DNA of 62,928 nt, the filler included, from Dirinaria sp. TL-2023a (Eukaryota): assembly GCA_051941275.1 (NCBI GenBank). It is 21 parts of 21 records of this genome, joined end to end, with 100 filler letters (N's around TTAATTAATTAA, not from the genome) between each part and the next. Parts side by side here need not be neighbours in the genome. Positions count along the whole stretch, not along the records: positions 51,097 to 53,983 come from JAVEBF010002175.1; positions 54,084 to 56,969 come from JAVEBF010002176.1; positions 57,070 to 59,951 come from JAVEBF010002177.1; positions 60,052 to 62,928 come from JAVEBF010002178.1; 17 more parts are not named here. The stretch is one strand, 5' to 3'. Both the position numbers and the translations under genes were made by a program. This document shows positions 52,163-62,928 of the stretch, in pieces; positions within the stretch are counted from its first letter, which is position 1; every line of letters starts with the position of its first letter. The notes beneath the pieces were generated by a model. That model searched no databases, was not told where the DNA came from, and saw only the letters and a program-made list of their open reading frames with translations.

Positions 52163-52863
52163 TCACCCTCTTGACTCTGCTTTGGGTAACCACGGATCGA
52201 TCTTCGGTTTGGTACTGCGATCATCGAGCCAGTCAGCCCTTGACTCCCACGACTACTGTGAAAATGCCCCAGGTCGGTGAGTCCGTAGCGCGTCTACTCC
52301 TGACCCGCTTGTGGTGGATGGTCCATGACCCTTTAACAAGAGGGACACCAGGGCCGGAAAGTTTAGCTTACGTCGAATATGTTTTGAACGCGGCTCTACT
52401 AGCCGTCAAATTCGGCCTGTGATCCGGAAGCTCCCATGCTCGTTGCTGTGTTCTCAGTATCGCGTCTTCCGTGGGCGGTTTGTCGACAAGATATGACATC
52501 CACGCGTGCCAGCCAGGCTCGATCTGCGCACTGTGTACACCGCACGGTGGTTAACGAAACATGGACTCGAAAGATGTGCTCAGGGTTGATGGAAACCACG
52601 AAAAGACGTACGGATCGTATTCTTTCTCTTTGTAATCGACCCATCTCGTTCGCACTGTGCTTTGATTTAGTTGACATTCAGAAGCGTAACTGAGTAGACG
52701 AACATGGTAGCTCCTCTTCCAGGTTCTCGTAGTATTTGTTCCCGTAGCGATCTGAAGCAATGTAGGTGCCGGCTTTTGTATCACCCATATATTGCATCTG
52801 GTGGCCATACTGCTTGAGGCCTATCCTGCGCAGGTTGCGCAACGTGCGTATGATTGTGGACAT
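52163..52863 (-). CDS. NDUFA12: Complex I accessory subunit NDUFA12 (B17.2/N7BM), 4 exons
   Basis: Exons are 52863-52704, 52654-52612, 52530-52372 and 52214-52163. Motifs: GDTKAGTYIASDRYGNKYYEN, LRTRWVDY, QIEPGWHAWMSY, PNLT and KPKIDPW. Confidence 0.93.
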
Positions 52864-53115
52864 TGGGGCGGCGCTATTGAGGGTGATTTGTAGAGTCAGG
52901 TATGGAGGATTCGACAGCAGGACTGGAGTTGAGGTCGTTCGGTCACTAGCGCAGTAGCCATCGCCAAGACTTCGATGAGAGGACCCGACATTATATTGCT
53001 ATTCCTTTCAGGTAATTCACAGTACTCATGGTAGCGACCCAACAAATAACCTATCATACCTTTCACAACGTTTCGCTCTTAAGTTACAAGATGCACTGGA
53101 CAGCATAGTCCGGAG

Positions 53116-53983
53116 ATGCTCGTCCGCGGCTCTCCTTACCAACTTTTACGAGCAATATCTCATGCGAAGAAGCATCGTCAACCATGGCACAAATCGCAAA
53201 GAAAATGGTCCTCGACCGCGCCTCTTGCCTCCCATACTCTTTCTGCTCAACCCTCGGCCCTAGCAAGCTTGATCTCAGAACTCGATCAGCTCGCACCGCG
53301 CATCGAGATCCAGGCTGATCAAATCGAGATTCTCGACGGTCCGAAGGACTTTTACGAAACCTTGAAAAGCAATATCAGCAAAGCCAAGAAAGGGATATTC
53401 CTGGCCACTTTATACATTGGGAAAAGCGAGACCGAATTGATCTCCACAATCCGAGATACTCTTCTCCGAAATGGGCCGGACTTGAAAGTCTCCATTCTTA
53501 CAGACGCTCTACGCGGCACTCGAGAAGCCCCCGAGCCCTCTTGTGCTTCGCTGCTGGCATCACTGGTAGAGGAGTTCCCGGACCAAGTCGAGGTGCGAAT
53601 GTACCACACCCCGAATCTCACCGGTCTGCGCAAAAGGGTGATACCGAAGCGCATCAACGAAGGCTGGGGCCTGCAGCACATCAAGCTGTACGGCACGGAC
53701 GACAAGATCATTCTCTCCGGCGCCAATCTGTCCAACGACTACTTCACGAACCGTCAAGACCGATATCACGTCTTCTCCTCCAAGCGAGTTACAAATTACT
53801 TCGCACACATCCACCACGCAATCTGCAGCGTGAGCTTCCTCCTCAAACCCGCCTCCAGCCCCTCGAAATACACTCTCGAATGGCCCTCCTCAAACCCATG
53901 CCCTTCCCCTCTCAAATCCCCAGCAGCATACATCCGCACAACCACAGCCCTCCTCGAACCACTTTCAACCACCACCACCACCT
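53116..53983 (+). CDS. PGS1: Mitochondrial phosphatidylglycerophosphate synthase (PLD-type), 3' truncated
   Basis: Presequence-like N-terminus, then IFLATLYIG, LTDALRGTR, RINEGWGLQHIKLYGTDD and SGANLSNDYFTNRQDRY. Confidence 0.95.
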
Positions 53984-54083
53984 NNNNNNNNNNNNNNNNN
54001 NNNNNNNNNNNNNNNNNNNNNNNNNNNTTAATTAATTAANNNNNNNNNNNNNNNNNNNNNNNNNNNNNNNNNNNNNNNNNNNN

Positions 54084-54635
54084 GTCGTCGTTGCGAACTC
54101 AATGTTTCAATTGATCGACAGTGTTGATGAAATTCGAGAAATTTACTTGATCTGTTCTCGAAAAGAGATCTTCTGATTCTTCTGACAGTATCGACACGCG
54201 ACGATTTGTCGTCTTCTTTAATAAATCTTTCATCGTCTGAGACAGATAGATCGCATCGTCAATGAGATCATTGACAATCGAGAAGATCTAAATCTGAGTA
54301 AGCTGTGCTCGAGAATCTGATATCTGTTTAAACATTCTGATTTCTATAATTACAAGATCTTTTATTGCGATTGCTTGATCTACTCGTGCAACGTCGACGA
54401 GTGCAAAGATAAGAGTGATAATTAGTGTAATGTCAGAGACTGCACAGCGCTCAATGACATATGAGTGCTAGTAAACTAGAACACTAACTATGAAGAAGAA
54501 AAGAAAAGGAAATCTATCTACAGAAAGATTCAAATAGAGACCCGAAGCAATATCGGTCCGAGGGAACGCTGAGCCTGATCATGTGATCTGACCATGTGAT
54601 CTGATCTAAGGTGCTTCAGGTCTAGGTTCATGACA
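54084..54635 (-). mobile_element. LTR retrotransposon 5' end: 205-bp LTR (54635-54431), self-priming PBS and mutated leader
   Basis: The LTR is bounded by TGTCA...TGACA. The adjacent ACACTAATTAT pairs with LTR-internal ATAGTTAGTGT. The LTR 3' half and leader resemble 62661-62810, and the LTR start recurs at 2912-2928. Confidence 0.8.
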
Positions 54636-54693
54636 AATTCAAAAAGGAGCACATGATATTTGTAAGCATTTAGTGAGATGATGAAGATTAATA

Positions 54694-54990
54694 TGAGGTG
54701 AAGGACCTCGTTCAAGGGAGCTGCGTAGTAGAAACGAAGCTACAGACGAGGCACAGACACATCGCGTGAACGCGGACGACGACTCTTGCTAATAAGTGCG
54801 AGAAACAAAAGAGCAGATTGCTTCTATTGCTAAGACTAATAACTAAGAAGCTCAAAAGAAATGAGCGACTCGTTTCTTCATTCAAATACGCTTGCTTTCT
54901 CTTTATTATCTTGACTTCTGAATTCGATCTCGCACTAGACTTTATCGAAACGCTCTAAACGAGATTGACGTGACTTTAACTCGCGCTTCA
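54694..54990 (+). mobile_element. LTR-like repeat of about 297 bp, copy 1
   Basis: TGAGG/TGAAG...CTTCA termini. It is a direct repeat of 56700-56969, differing mostly by transitions. Confidence 0.75.
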
Positions 54991-56699
54991 ATAGCAAACG
55001 AGGTTAGTTATCACGAGAACTATCTTGTCTTTCAAGCAGACGAGACTTCGTGCGACGCTTCTGAGGCCAAATTTCTCTAAAGTCGTCACAACTATTCTCT
55101 TCCTTCGAAGAATTCGACCCGAATTCTTATACTGATATATGATTAATCTCGCGCGATGAGATATCAACGCTAATCATATAATTCAAAGCGAAATCGAATC
55201 ATTTTGACTTCTTCGAGAGCGAGACAAAAGCGTTTTTGACGACACGAATAATCTGATGAAATTGAATTTCGAAAAATAGTCTCTCTGATCAAAAGAGTAG
55301 TCTCTCATAGATCGATTAGTTGATATTCACTCTGACTCAGATGATTTTGAAATTCTCGTTGATTGCAAATGTTTTGCGATGATCGTGTTATTATTGATGC
55401 GATAATAGAATAGCAAGATGCTTATATGATCTTAGTAAACATAGATGACAATAGCAAATGATGATTCTAGACTAGACAACAGTAAATGGTGATCGTGTCA
55501 AAGATGAATTTCATGAAGATGAGATATCAGATTGATATCGATAATATGATAGAATAGATTCATGACGCGTTTCTTTTCGACGCGTTGAGCAGATGACAGT
55601 AGATATTATTTAAACGTTTCTCTAATCTGTTTCTTCTTCTTCTTCTTCTTTTTCTTTTTTCTTTTTTATCTTCATGTATCAAGACAAGTCGTAAGTAGAC
55701 CCTCATCATCTTCGCTGCTAGACTCTTGCTTCGTTGTTTACTATATCATTATCACTTCTTCATCGCACTGCGATTTAAATTCAGATGCAAGTGCTTTCTG
55801 AAGATCGTTGTCACGACGCAGCGATCTTCAAATCGATGACAAAAACGATCGTTTTAACGCGTTTGAAAGCTGCTGAGTACTCTGACTAACATGACTGTTG
55901 AACTCGATATAGATATCACTATGATAAGTGTTTATCATTTGCGAGGCGCATCGTCGTCATGCAGTCCCTCTGACTGTTAAAGATATCGCTGACTGTGATA
56001 CAGACTTCATCGCGCGCTCGTGACTCTCGCGGACGTTTCGTCTCTGATTGCTACACTGATTGCTACAATGCTTATTACAATACTTTGTTGCTGCTTGCTG
56101 ACATCTTATTAGTTGCTGTTCGTGCCGCCTCGCCCTTCGTCTCTTCCGCTGCTCGTCGCGCTGAACGCGATCACTTTGACCGCAGTCAAATCGAGTGTGA
56201 GTCTCTCTCTGCGTCGCTGACGTGCTTGGGATACTGACGAATATAGAGCTGACTCGTGCTTTTGTTTTCGACGTTGTGTTTGCGCTTGTTGCGCGTTGAC
56301 TTTTTGCCAACTTTAAAATAGTGACTGTGTAGTTTTTTTTTTTTTTTTTTTCTTTTAGATAGTTCTTGCGCGCTCTGCGCGTCAATCGACCTTCGAGCTT
56401 TGCTCTTTTCTGCTATTGATCATCTGATCTTGAAGATTTATTACGCTTTTTTCTCGCTGAAGAAATTGTTTTCTTTTCAACTCGAAATTTTGACGTCGCT
56501 CTGCTTGCTTTTTGTTTCGTCTTCTTCGCGACTGACTCGCGTTGCGCTCGCTTCTTCTCAAACTCTTGAATGACTTTCTGTGCATTTTTCAAATGTTTTA
56601 TTGATTCTCAAGTATCTTCATATGAGACACAGTTCATTCATCGAATTAGATACTCAATGCTATCTCGTTTGACTCGTTTGACTAGCATCTGCTTCACTG

Positions 56700-56969
56700 T
56701 GAGGTGAAGGACCTCGTTCAGAGGAGCTGCGTAGTAGAAGCGAAGCTACAGACGAGACACAGACACATCGCGTGAACGCGGACGACGATTCTTGCTAATG
56801 AGTGCGAGGGACAAAAGAGCAGATTGCTTCTATTGCTAAGACTAATAACTGAGAAGATCAAAAGAAATGAGCGACTCGCTTCTTCATTCAAATACGCTTG
56901 CTCTCTCTTTGCTATCTTGATCTCTAAATTCGATCTCGCGCTAGACTCTATCGAAACGCTCGAGACGAG
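56700..56969 (+). mobile_element. LTR-like repeat, copy 2 (cut by the contig end)
   Basis: Colinear with 54694-54963. Confidence 0.75.
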
Positions 56970-57069
56970 NNNNNNNNNNNNNNNNNNNNNNNNNNNNNNN
57001 NNNNNNNNNNNNNTTAATTAATTAANNNNNNNNNNNNNNNNNNNNNNNNNNNNNNNNNNNNNNNNNNNN

Positions 57070-58780
57070 CGTCCCCGCCCAGCTGCGCCAGCTGCTCGCC
57101 GCGCGAGGTGTAGATGTCGACGAAGCGGTTCATGTTCCCGATCACGAACCGCTGCACGTTATCCGACGGGTGCAGCTGCCACTGCGCTCGCAGTCTAGAG
57201 TTTTCGCGCATTTTTAGTATGGACAGTACTAGGTGTATTTCACTTGTGTGTCGTGTGTGACACCCGGCTTCTCCCTCTTTTTTTTTTTTTCCTTCATGGA
57301 AAGGAGAAAAAAGGGGGAAAGGAAGGATGCGGGAATGGTGGACGGGAAAGAAAAGGGGGTGAAAAACTTACATCGTGACCCATCTGCCCGTCTGGTTATT
57401 ATGCCTTATGATACTGCTCGGCTCCATCTCCTTCTCCCCGAGCTGATGCCCCGCCTTCCACCCGCCGATACCTTCAAACGTGTGGATCTTGACCGTGTCG
57501 TCGTAGCTCGCCGTGGCGACCTGTCCCGCGCTGTTGAACGCGGCGTGGCTGACGCTCAACCGGCTCTCGTGCTCGCCCACCAGCGCCGGCGTCTGCGCTC
57601 CTCCTCTCTTCCCGCTCAGTTTTCGCAGGTCCCACACCCGCATGAACCGGTCCAGCGACGCGGTCGCCACGAAATGCGGGTTGCCCGGGTGCAGGCTGAA
57701 CCCGCCGATTTTCTTCTCCGACAGCTGGAAGATCTCCGTGTTCCCTCCCACCCCTCCTTTGCTGGAGCAGCGTGTGTCTGTGCGCCCCACGTGCCCGTCC
57801 AATCGCGAGAAGTACAGCATGTGCGGGTTCTGCGGGTCGACTTCCACGCCGGACAGCGGCTCGTCGAGGGAAGGGTCTTCGGGGGCGTAGATTTCGGTCG
57901 ATTTGGACGTGGCTAGGTCTAGCAGGCGGAGGGAGGAGTCGTAGGAGCAGGTGTACAGGTGGGACGGGTTCAGAGGGGAGAATTGGAAGGAGGAGATGGT
58001 GCGCGTGTGCAGGTGGAAGGAGGTTATTTTTGGTTCGGGTTCTTCCTCTTCCTCTTCCTCGTCGTTGTCCACGTCTTCTTTCTTGACACCGTTTTGCTCG
58101 AGCTTTGCAGATGAAGAAGAAGAGCCTTGCTGCGAGCCATCGAAGACGCCGAGGTTGCCCAGCTTGTCGCCCGCAAAGACGAGCGGTTTCGAGGCTTCCG
58201 GGTGGAAGCCGAGGGAGTAAATCCGTTCCGGCGTGATTTTGATCCGGTTCGGTTCGAACCCTTCGTACAGTTCCAACCCGGACATCTTCTCCCGCAGCGA
58301 CCGCAGTTCCTTGTCCGTCGTCTCCTTCACCTCCGTCTCCCCGAAGGTGCGGCTGTAGGGCTTCGCGCCGCGCGACACGACGTCCACGAGGAAGTTCTCG
58401 CTCTTGTCCCAGTCCTTGTAGCCCGCGACGACGGCATCGCTCAGGTCCAAGTCGCCGGAGAAGCGCTGCCGTTTCGCCCTCTGCGCTTCCTGCACCGCGA
58501 CGTATTCCTCCTCGGCTTTCCGTTTCGCGACTTCGCTGTCGGCCGTCAGGCCTGCGAGCCGGGACGAGGTTCGTCGGGGACCTTCTTCCACAATCTTCTT
58601 GACGGTCGGTTTTTTTCGCTGCGTGGACGGTTTGGGTTTGGGTTTTGGGGCGGGTTCGGGGCCGAGGCCGGCGGATTTGGCGTCGAGGGCGAGCTGCTTC
58701 AGGAGGTTGTTGCGCTGGGCGATGTTGGCTTGTCGCTGTTGTTCGTATTCGCTGATTGGGGCGGGTTCTTTTTTCGCCAT
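57070..58780 (-). CDS. CMR1: DNA damage-binding WD40 protein Cmr1 (WDR76), 3' truncated
   Basis: [64 protein letters not shown] and [16 protein letters not shown] across the intron at 57371-57195. Confidence 0.95.
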
Positions 58781-59053
58781 GGTTTTTTTTTTTTTTTTTA
58801 AATTATATGGTTGAAGGTTTTGAACTTGTACAAGGAATGCGGGCTGTAGAGACTATATAATGGCGACTTGAGCAGAAAAGAATCGGGAATTGCAAAAGAA
58901 TCTCAGGCACGTCATGAGCGCGTCTTTGGCACTCGCACTTTCCAGATTTAAATCCACGCGATGGCGCTAGTCGAACCTTAATTTTCCCATCTTCAAACAC
59001 AAGATGAAGATGAGGCTCGATCATTCAGCAAATCTTGGGGAAGGCACTGCGGT

Positions 59054-59951
59054 ATGGCCACGAGAAACAGATCTCTGGTACTTGCGGCCTCGCAATGCTT
59101 GCTGCTCCCCTCTGACACTCTTCTTCCCTTCCTCTACCGGACCCTCACCATACAGCGCCCCTCGATCCGGCAATTTCCAACTACTCGAAGACATGCACCG
59201 CACTCTCGCCACTCATTCAGCACCACCATTCCATCAGCAGCACCGCGCGACAATGCAATCCCGTTCGAACGGTCCCCGGACAAACCCATCGATCCTGCCT
59301 CTCTAGACCCAGCCATCCACCACCTCTCCAAATACACCACAAACCCGCCATCCAACAGCACGATCACGCATGGGGAAAAAGCCGTTTTCGACCGCATCTT
59401 CCAGGACATCGCCGCCTCACATCCCACAAATTCACGCTCTCCACGACGCAGCAGCGACGAGGAAAGAGAAAAAGAAGAAGAAGAAGACATCGAACTCGGA
59501 AAAGCCTTCTCCGAAGAAGATCTACCTCAACTCTTCGATGCCGCCATCCGCAAGCAAGAAGAGGCCGTGAGCTCCTCGTCGGACAGCGCTCAGAAGAAAC
59601 CCAACAAAGACTCCAGCCGCGTCCTGTCCAGCATGCCCGGGCTCGGCTATCTGAGCGAACACCTCGCGCCGCAGACAGGAAAGATGGGGGGCGGCGAGGA
59701 AGAGGAAGCGGATCTGGCGCGGGCGCACGAGGCGTATAGTACGAGAGTATATGAGTTGCTCGATAAGGCGGAGACGGATGTCGAAGTGTGGCGGGTCATG
59801 GAACGGGAAGTCTTCGCGCTGGTTGAAGAATTGAAGAAGCGGATCCGAGACGCCGAAAAGGCGGCCAGGTCTAACAGTAGCAGCAAGAAGAAGAAAAAGA
59901 CGGCAACTCAAAAGAAGAAGGAAAAGAAAAAAGAAACCCCCCAAAAAATCC
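59054..59951 (+). CDS. Probable mitochondrial Mtf2-like protein, 3' truncated
   Basis: Presequence-like start with LLPFLYRTLTI, then STITHGEKAVFDRIFQDI and AETDVEVWRVMEREVF. The family call is from motif recall only. Confidence 0.6.
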
Positions 59952-60051
59952 NNNNNNNNNNNNNNNNNNNNNNNNNNNNNNNNNNNNNNNNNNNNTTAAT
60001 TAATTAANNNNNNNNNNNNNNNNNNNNNNNNNNNNNNNNNNNNNNNNNNNN

Positions 60052-61890
60052 CGAAACTTACTCTCATAATTCTTTTCATTCATCTCATAACTCAATGAAT
60101 TAAAACAATTAATCGAGTTTTTCTCGATGTATTTGATCTCTGACTGTATCACGACGATAAAAAATCGCAATCGAAGAGAATAAAATCGAAAAAAAAACTC
60201 GTAAAGACGTTTTACAACGATCACGAGATTTTCGATGAAAAGAAAAAAAAAAAGTCATCGTGTTGATTATCACAATTTCTCACATTTGAAATAAGAGACA
60301 CGATCTCAAAAATTTTACAGCGTGACGAACGAAAAAACTAAAAAGAAAATATATTTTAGATCGAAACATTTTTGACGAAATCTGAAAAACAAATCTCAAC
60401 GATCTGTTTAGAAATATTATTATAAATGAGACTCATTTCGTTAAAAACATAAACGCAGACATATCTAAAATCATTTAATGACTGAGACTCGATCATTATA
60501 TACTGATGACAGAGATTTCGATTTTTAACAACGTAAAGAACGTACTCGAGTACTTGAATCTGTTATAAAATTCAGCGAGCGAGAATTGATGAACATTTGA
60601 ATATTTGAAAAAGATTGAACTAAACGAGAATATTAATCTTTTTGAGCTGTTTTTTGATCATTTCGAAATCAAGTTGATTCTAATTATAAAAATCGCTAAA
60701 TCTTAAATTACGATCGACAAAATGAACAATGTGACTAAAAATCGAAATCTGAAACGAATATATTTTCACTGCATGCTACGCAAAACGCATGTCTTTAAAA
60801 ATTTTTTTCATTTCGTTCGCATCATCGAAAAATATTTTTCTCGAATTCAATACGTATAAATCAATTGTCACATGACTCAGAAAAAGCTGACGAACTATAA
60901 ACAGATAGAAAACAACGCTTTAGAGTCTTTGATTGTCAATACGTCAGACAAAAAATTTCGATGATTCTTTAAAACGCAACGAATTCTCAGCATGACGACT
61001 ATATGAAATGATCTGAATGTCATAAAAAAACGAAATCACGATCTCAAAACATTCATCACGCAACAGTGATTGAAATGCGACAACGTGTTTATGAAATGAG
61101 TTTCTCTTTTGCACTCAAAGATTAAATTATCATGAGAAATTTCTCATTATTTTCTCATGTTATCGAAAGACTCGCTCAAGTTTAAAACATTTTTTAGTAA
61201 TGTGCGAAATTAGATAAACATAATTATTTGTGAAAATCTTTCACGAAAGCATTTAACAATTTTTTATCAAATTATAAAAGACAAACAGAAAATTACTGTC
61301 TGATGTCTCATCTCAGCGATATTAATATTTTTTGACGTCGTTTTACGCAGAGCTCTTAAACTAGAAATTGAGATTATACACTCGAGTATGACTCACAAAA
61401 AACGAATCGACGTTCAAAAATTGTTTAACGAGAACGAGAAAAAGATTATGATTTCAATCGCGATTTATGAGACGACGAAAATTGAGTACAATTTTCAATT
61501 CAAATGTTGACACGTTCATTTTTTTGAAAATTGTTTTAGTCAATCAATCGAAGATCAAATTTTATGTCGTACATGACGATTGAGCAATCTCAGAGACGTT
61601 GTCAGAATTTACGTTTATTTCGTTTCATTAATCTATGATGATAAAAAAATATTTCGAAATTTGAACAAAATTATGCTCGAAATCGTCGTTTATCTGAGTC
61701 GCGATTTTATCACTGCGAAAGAGAACGACACATGTGTTATGAATATTGAGCAATGAGCATGACACGACGACGAACTCGTCGATTGCAAAGATTCAAAATA
61801 CAAACATTTTCATCTCATTTCTCTATTTCTCGAGGAACTGATACGTTTTATTCTACGACAACAACGAGATGAGATAATCGAGATAAAATG
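60052..61890 (+). pseudogene. Hypermutated SNF2-family helicase/ATPase gene
   Basis: One frame carries IIINETHFVKN (motif II DEAH, about 60416-60448), ILMTEISIFN (motif III TGTP, about 60500-60530), IEYNFQ (motif V GxNLQ, 61481-61498) and QILCRT*RLSN (motif VI, about 61556-61590). Each deviation can be reverted by C>T or G>A. Confidence 0.82.
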
Positions 61891-62214
61891 AGAAAATGAC
61901 AATGATCGATGAGAAAAGCGATGTAATTTTTATTAAATCAGAATTTGCTGTGATCAAGAAACGTCGATAGAATTTATGCATGCACTGTAATCGCAGCATT
62001 TCGTACGTGAGAATATTTTTTCTCTCATGTTAGATCGTTTCTTCTCAAATATTCGTTCGTAAATAGCTTTTTTTGTCAGAATCATGTTTTACACTGAAGT
62101 AATCATCATCATGATGTATTCACAAGCACACATTTATCAATGAGTAAATCTCGAAAAATCGATCAATTGAATGTTTTTATTTGATCGAATCAAACTAGCT
62201 ACGACTCGAACGAT

Positions 62215-62493
62215 TTGAATGTCTCAATAATTTCTCGTTCTCGATCGATCGATGCATTTAGTCACGACACGCACGATTTGAATATTTTAACAGTTTATCG
62301 TTCTCGATCGTTCGATGCACTTAGCTACGACACTGATAATTTGAATGTCTCAACAGTTTATCGTTCTCGATCGTTCGATGCATTCAGTTACGACATTGAT
62401 GATTTGAATATCTCAACAGTCTATCGTTCTCGATCGTTCGATACATTCAACTACGACACTGATGATTTTAATGTCTCAACAGTTTATCGTTCG
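62215..62493 (+). repeat. 63-bp tandem repeat, about 4.4 copies
   Basis: Units start at 62215, 62278, 62341, 62404 and 62467 (TTGAATGTCTCAACAGTTTATCGTTCTCGATCGTTCGATGCA...). Confidence 0.93.
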
Positions 62494-62928
62494 TGTTACG
62501 AGCCTGGCTCTCACTGTTGTTACCCGGGTCATTTTCTACAAGGTTTTTGTGTATAGTGTTGAGCTTTGACCTGATCGAGATTAGCGCATTCGGAGTGATG
62601 ATCGGTTCGATCGATCAGAGTCCAACGCTCACACATCCATATTATGCCTGATTCCAGTTCATAGATTTCTTTTCTTCTTCATGCTTTGTGTATTTAGTTG
62701 ATAGCATCTGCATAGATCATATCTTCTGCATCGGTCCTGACATTACACAAAGCATCAAACCCCTTATCTCGTTTTGCAATTATACGAGTTTCAAACAATC
62801 GCAACAATATCTGTACTATCATCTACAATTGAACTAAACATTGTTGTTTACACATTTTATCTTTTGCTCTCGTTGCTTCGCGAGATAATAAGAAAGAAGT
62901 ACGATTTGATTGATGATATCAGCAATGA
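62494..62928 (+). mobile_element. LTR retrotransposon 5' end: about 249-bp LTR (62494-62742), self-priming PBS and leader
   Basis: TGTTA...TGACA termini, interrupting the fifth 63-bp unit. TACACAAAGCAT (62744-62755) is the exact reverse complement of ATGCTTTGTGTA (62681-62692). Confidence 0.8.

Noticed and set aside
2929..60051. Regularly spaced TTAATTAATTAA motif and apparent 3-kb periodicity or gene clustering
   Set aside because: Artificial spacer between size-sorted contigs. Neighbours across spacers (for example the two methyltransferases and the reductase) do not form a real cluster, and ORF ends with X runs or LIN are artefacts.
62215..62556. 113-aa ORF with 21-aa repeats, or a CRISPR-like array
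   Set aside because: The units are contiguous with no unique spacers. The ORF starts at TTG, lies in hypermutated DNA and runs into an LTR.

Overview
This window is not one contiguous locus. It is 21 separate contigs of about 2.9 kb, ordered by decreasing length (2928 down to 2877 bp) and joined by an artificial 100-bp spacer (N44-TTAATTAATTAA-N44), so adjacency across spacers carries no biological meaning. The content is filamentous-ascomycete (Pezizomycotina-like) nuclear DNA with short GT-AG introns and CTRAC branch points. Housekeeping and metabolic genes include Ras1, FCF1, an NRC-2/Kin82-type kinase, RPS29, NDUFA12, PGS1, CMR1, dynactin p27, a choline-transporter-like protein, a membrane-anchored bZIP, two SAM methyltransferases, an aspartic protease, a 2-hydroxyacid dehydrogenase and a DUF1399 protein. 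There are also two NACHT NLR genes and several transposon relics (hAT, Tad-like LINE, Tc1-like, three LTR families). Four observations stand out. (1) The repeat-inactivating C-to-T hypermutation targets mainly CpC/CpT and spares CpG and most CpA, unlike canonical CpA RIP; this is directly visible by comparing intact and mutated copies of the same LINE. (2) Three LTR families show self-priming (Tf1/sushi-type) primer-binding sites complementary to their own LTR, and two related families show covarying pairs. (3) A hypermutated, intronless SNF2 helicase gene followed by 63-bp tandem repeats suggests a helicase-carrying mobile element. (4) An NLR gene near repeat DNA may be receiving mutation leakage. 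All family assignments come from motif recognition only; no database search was run.
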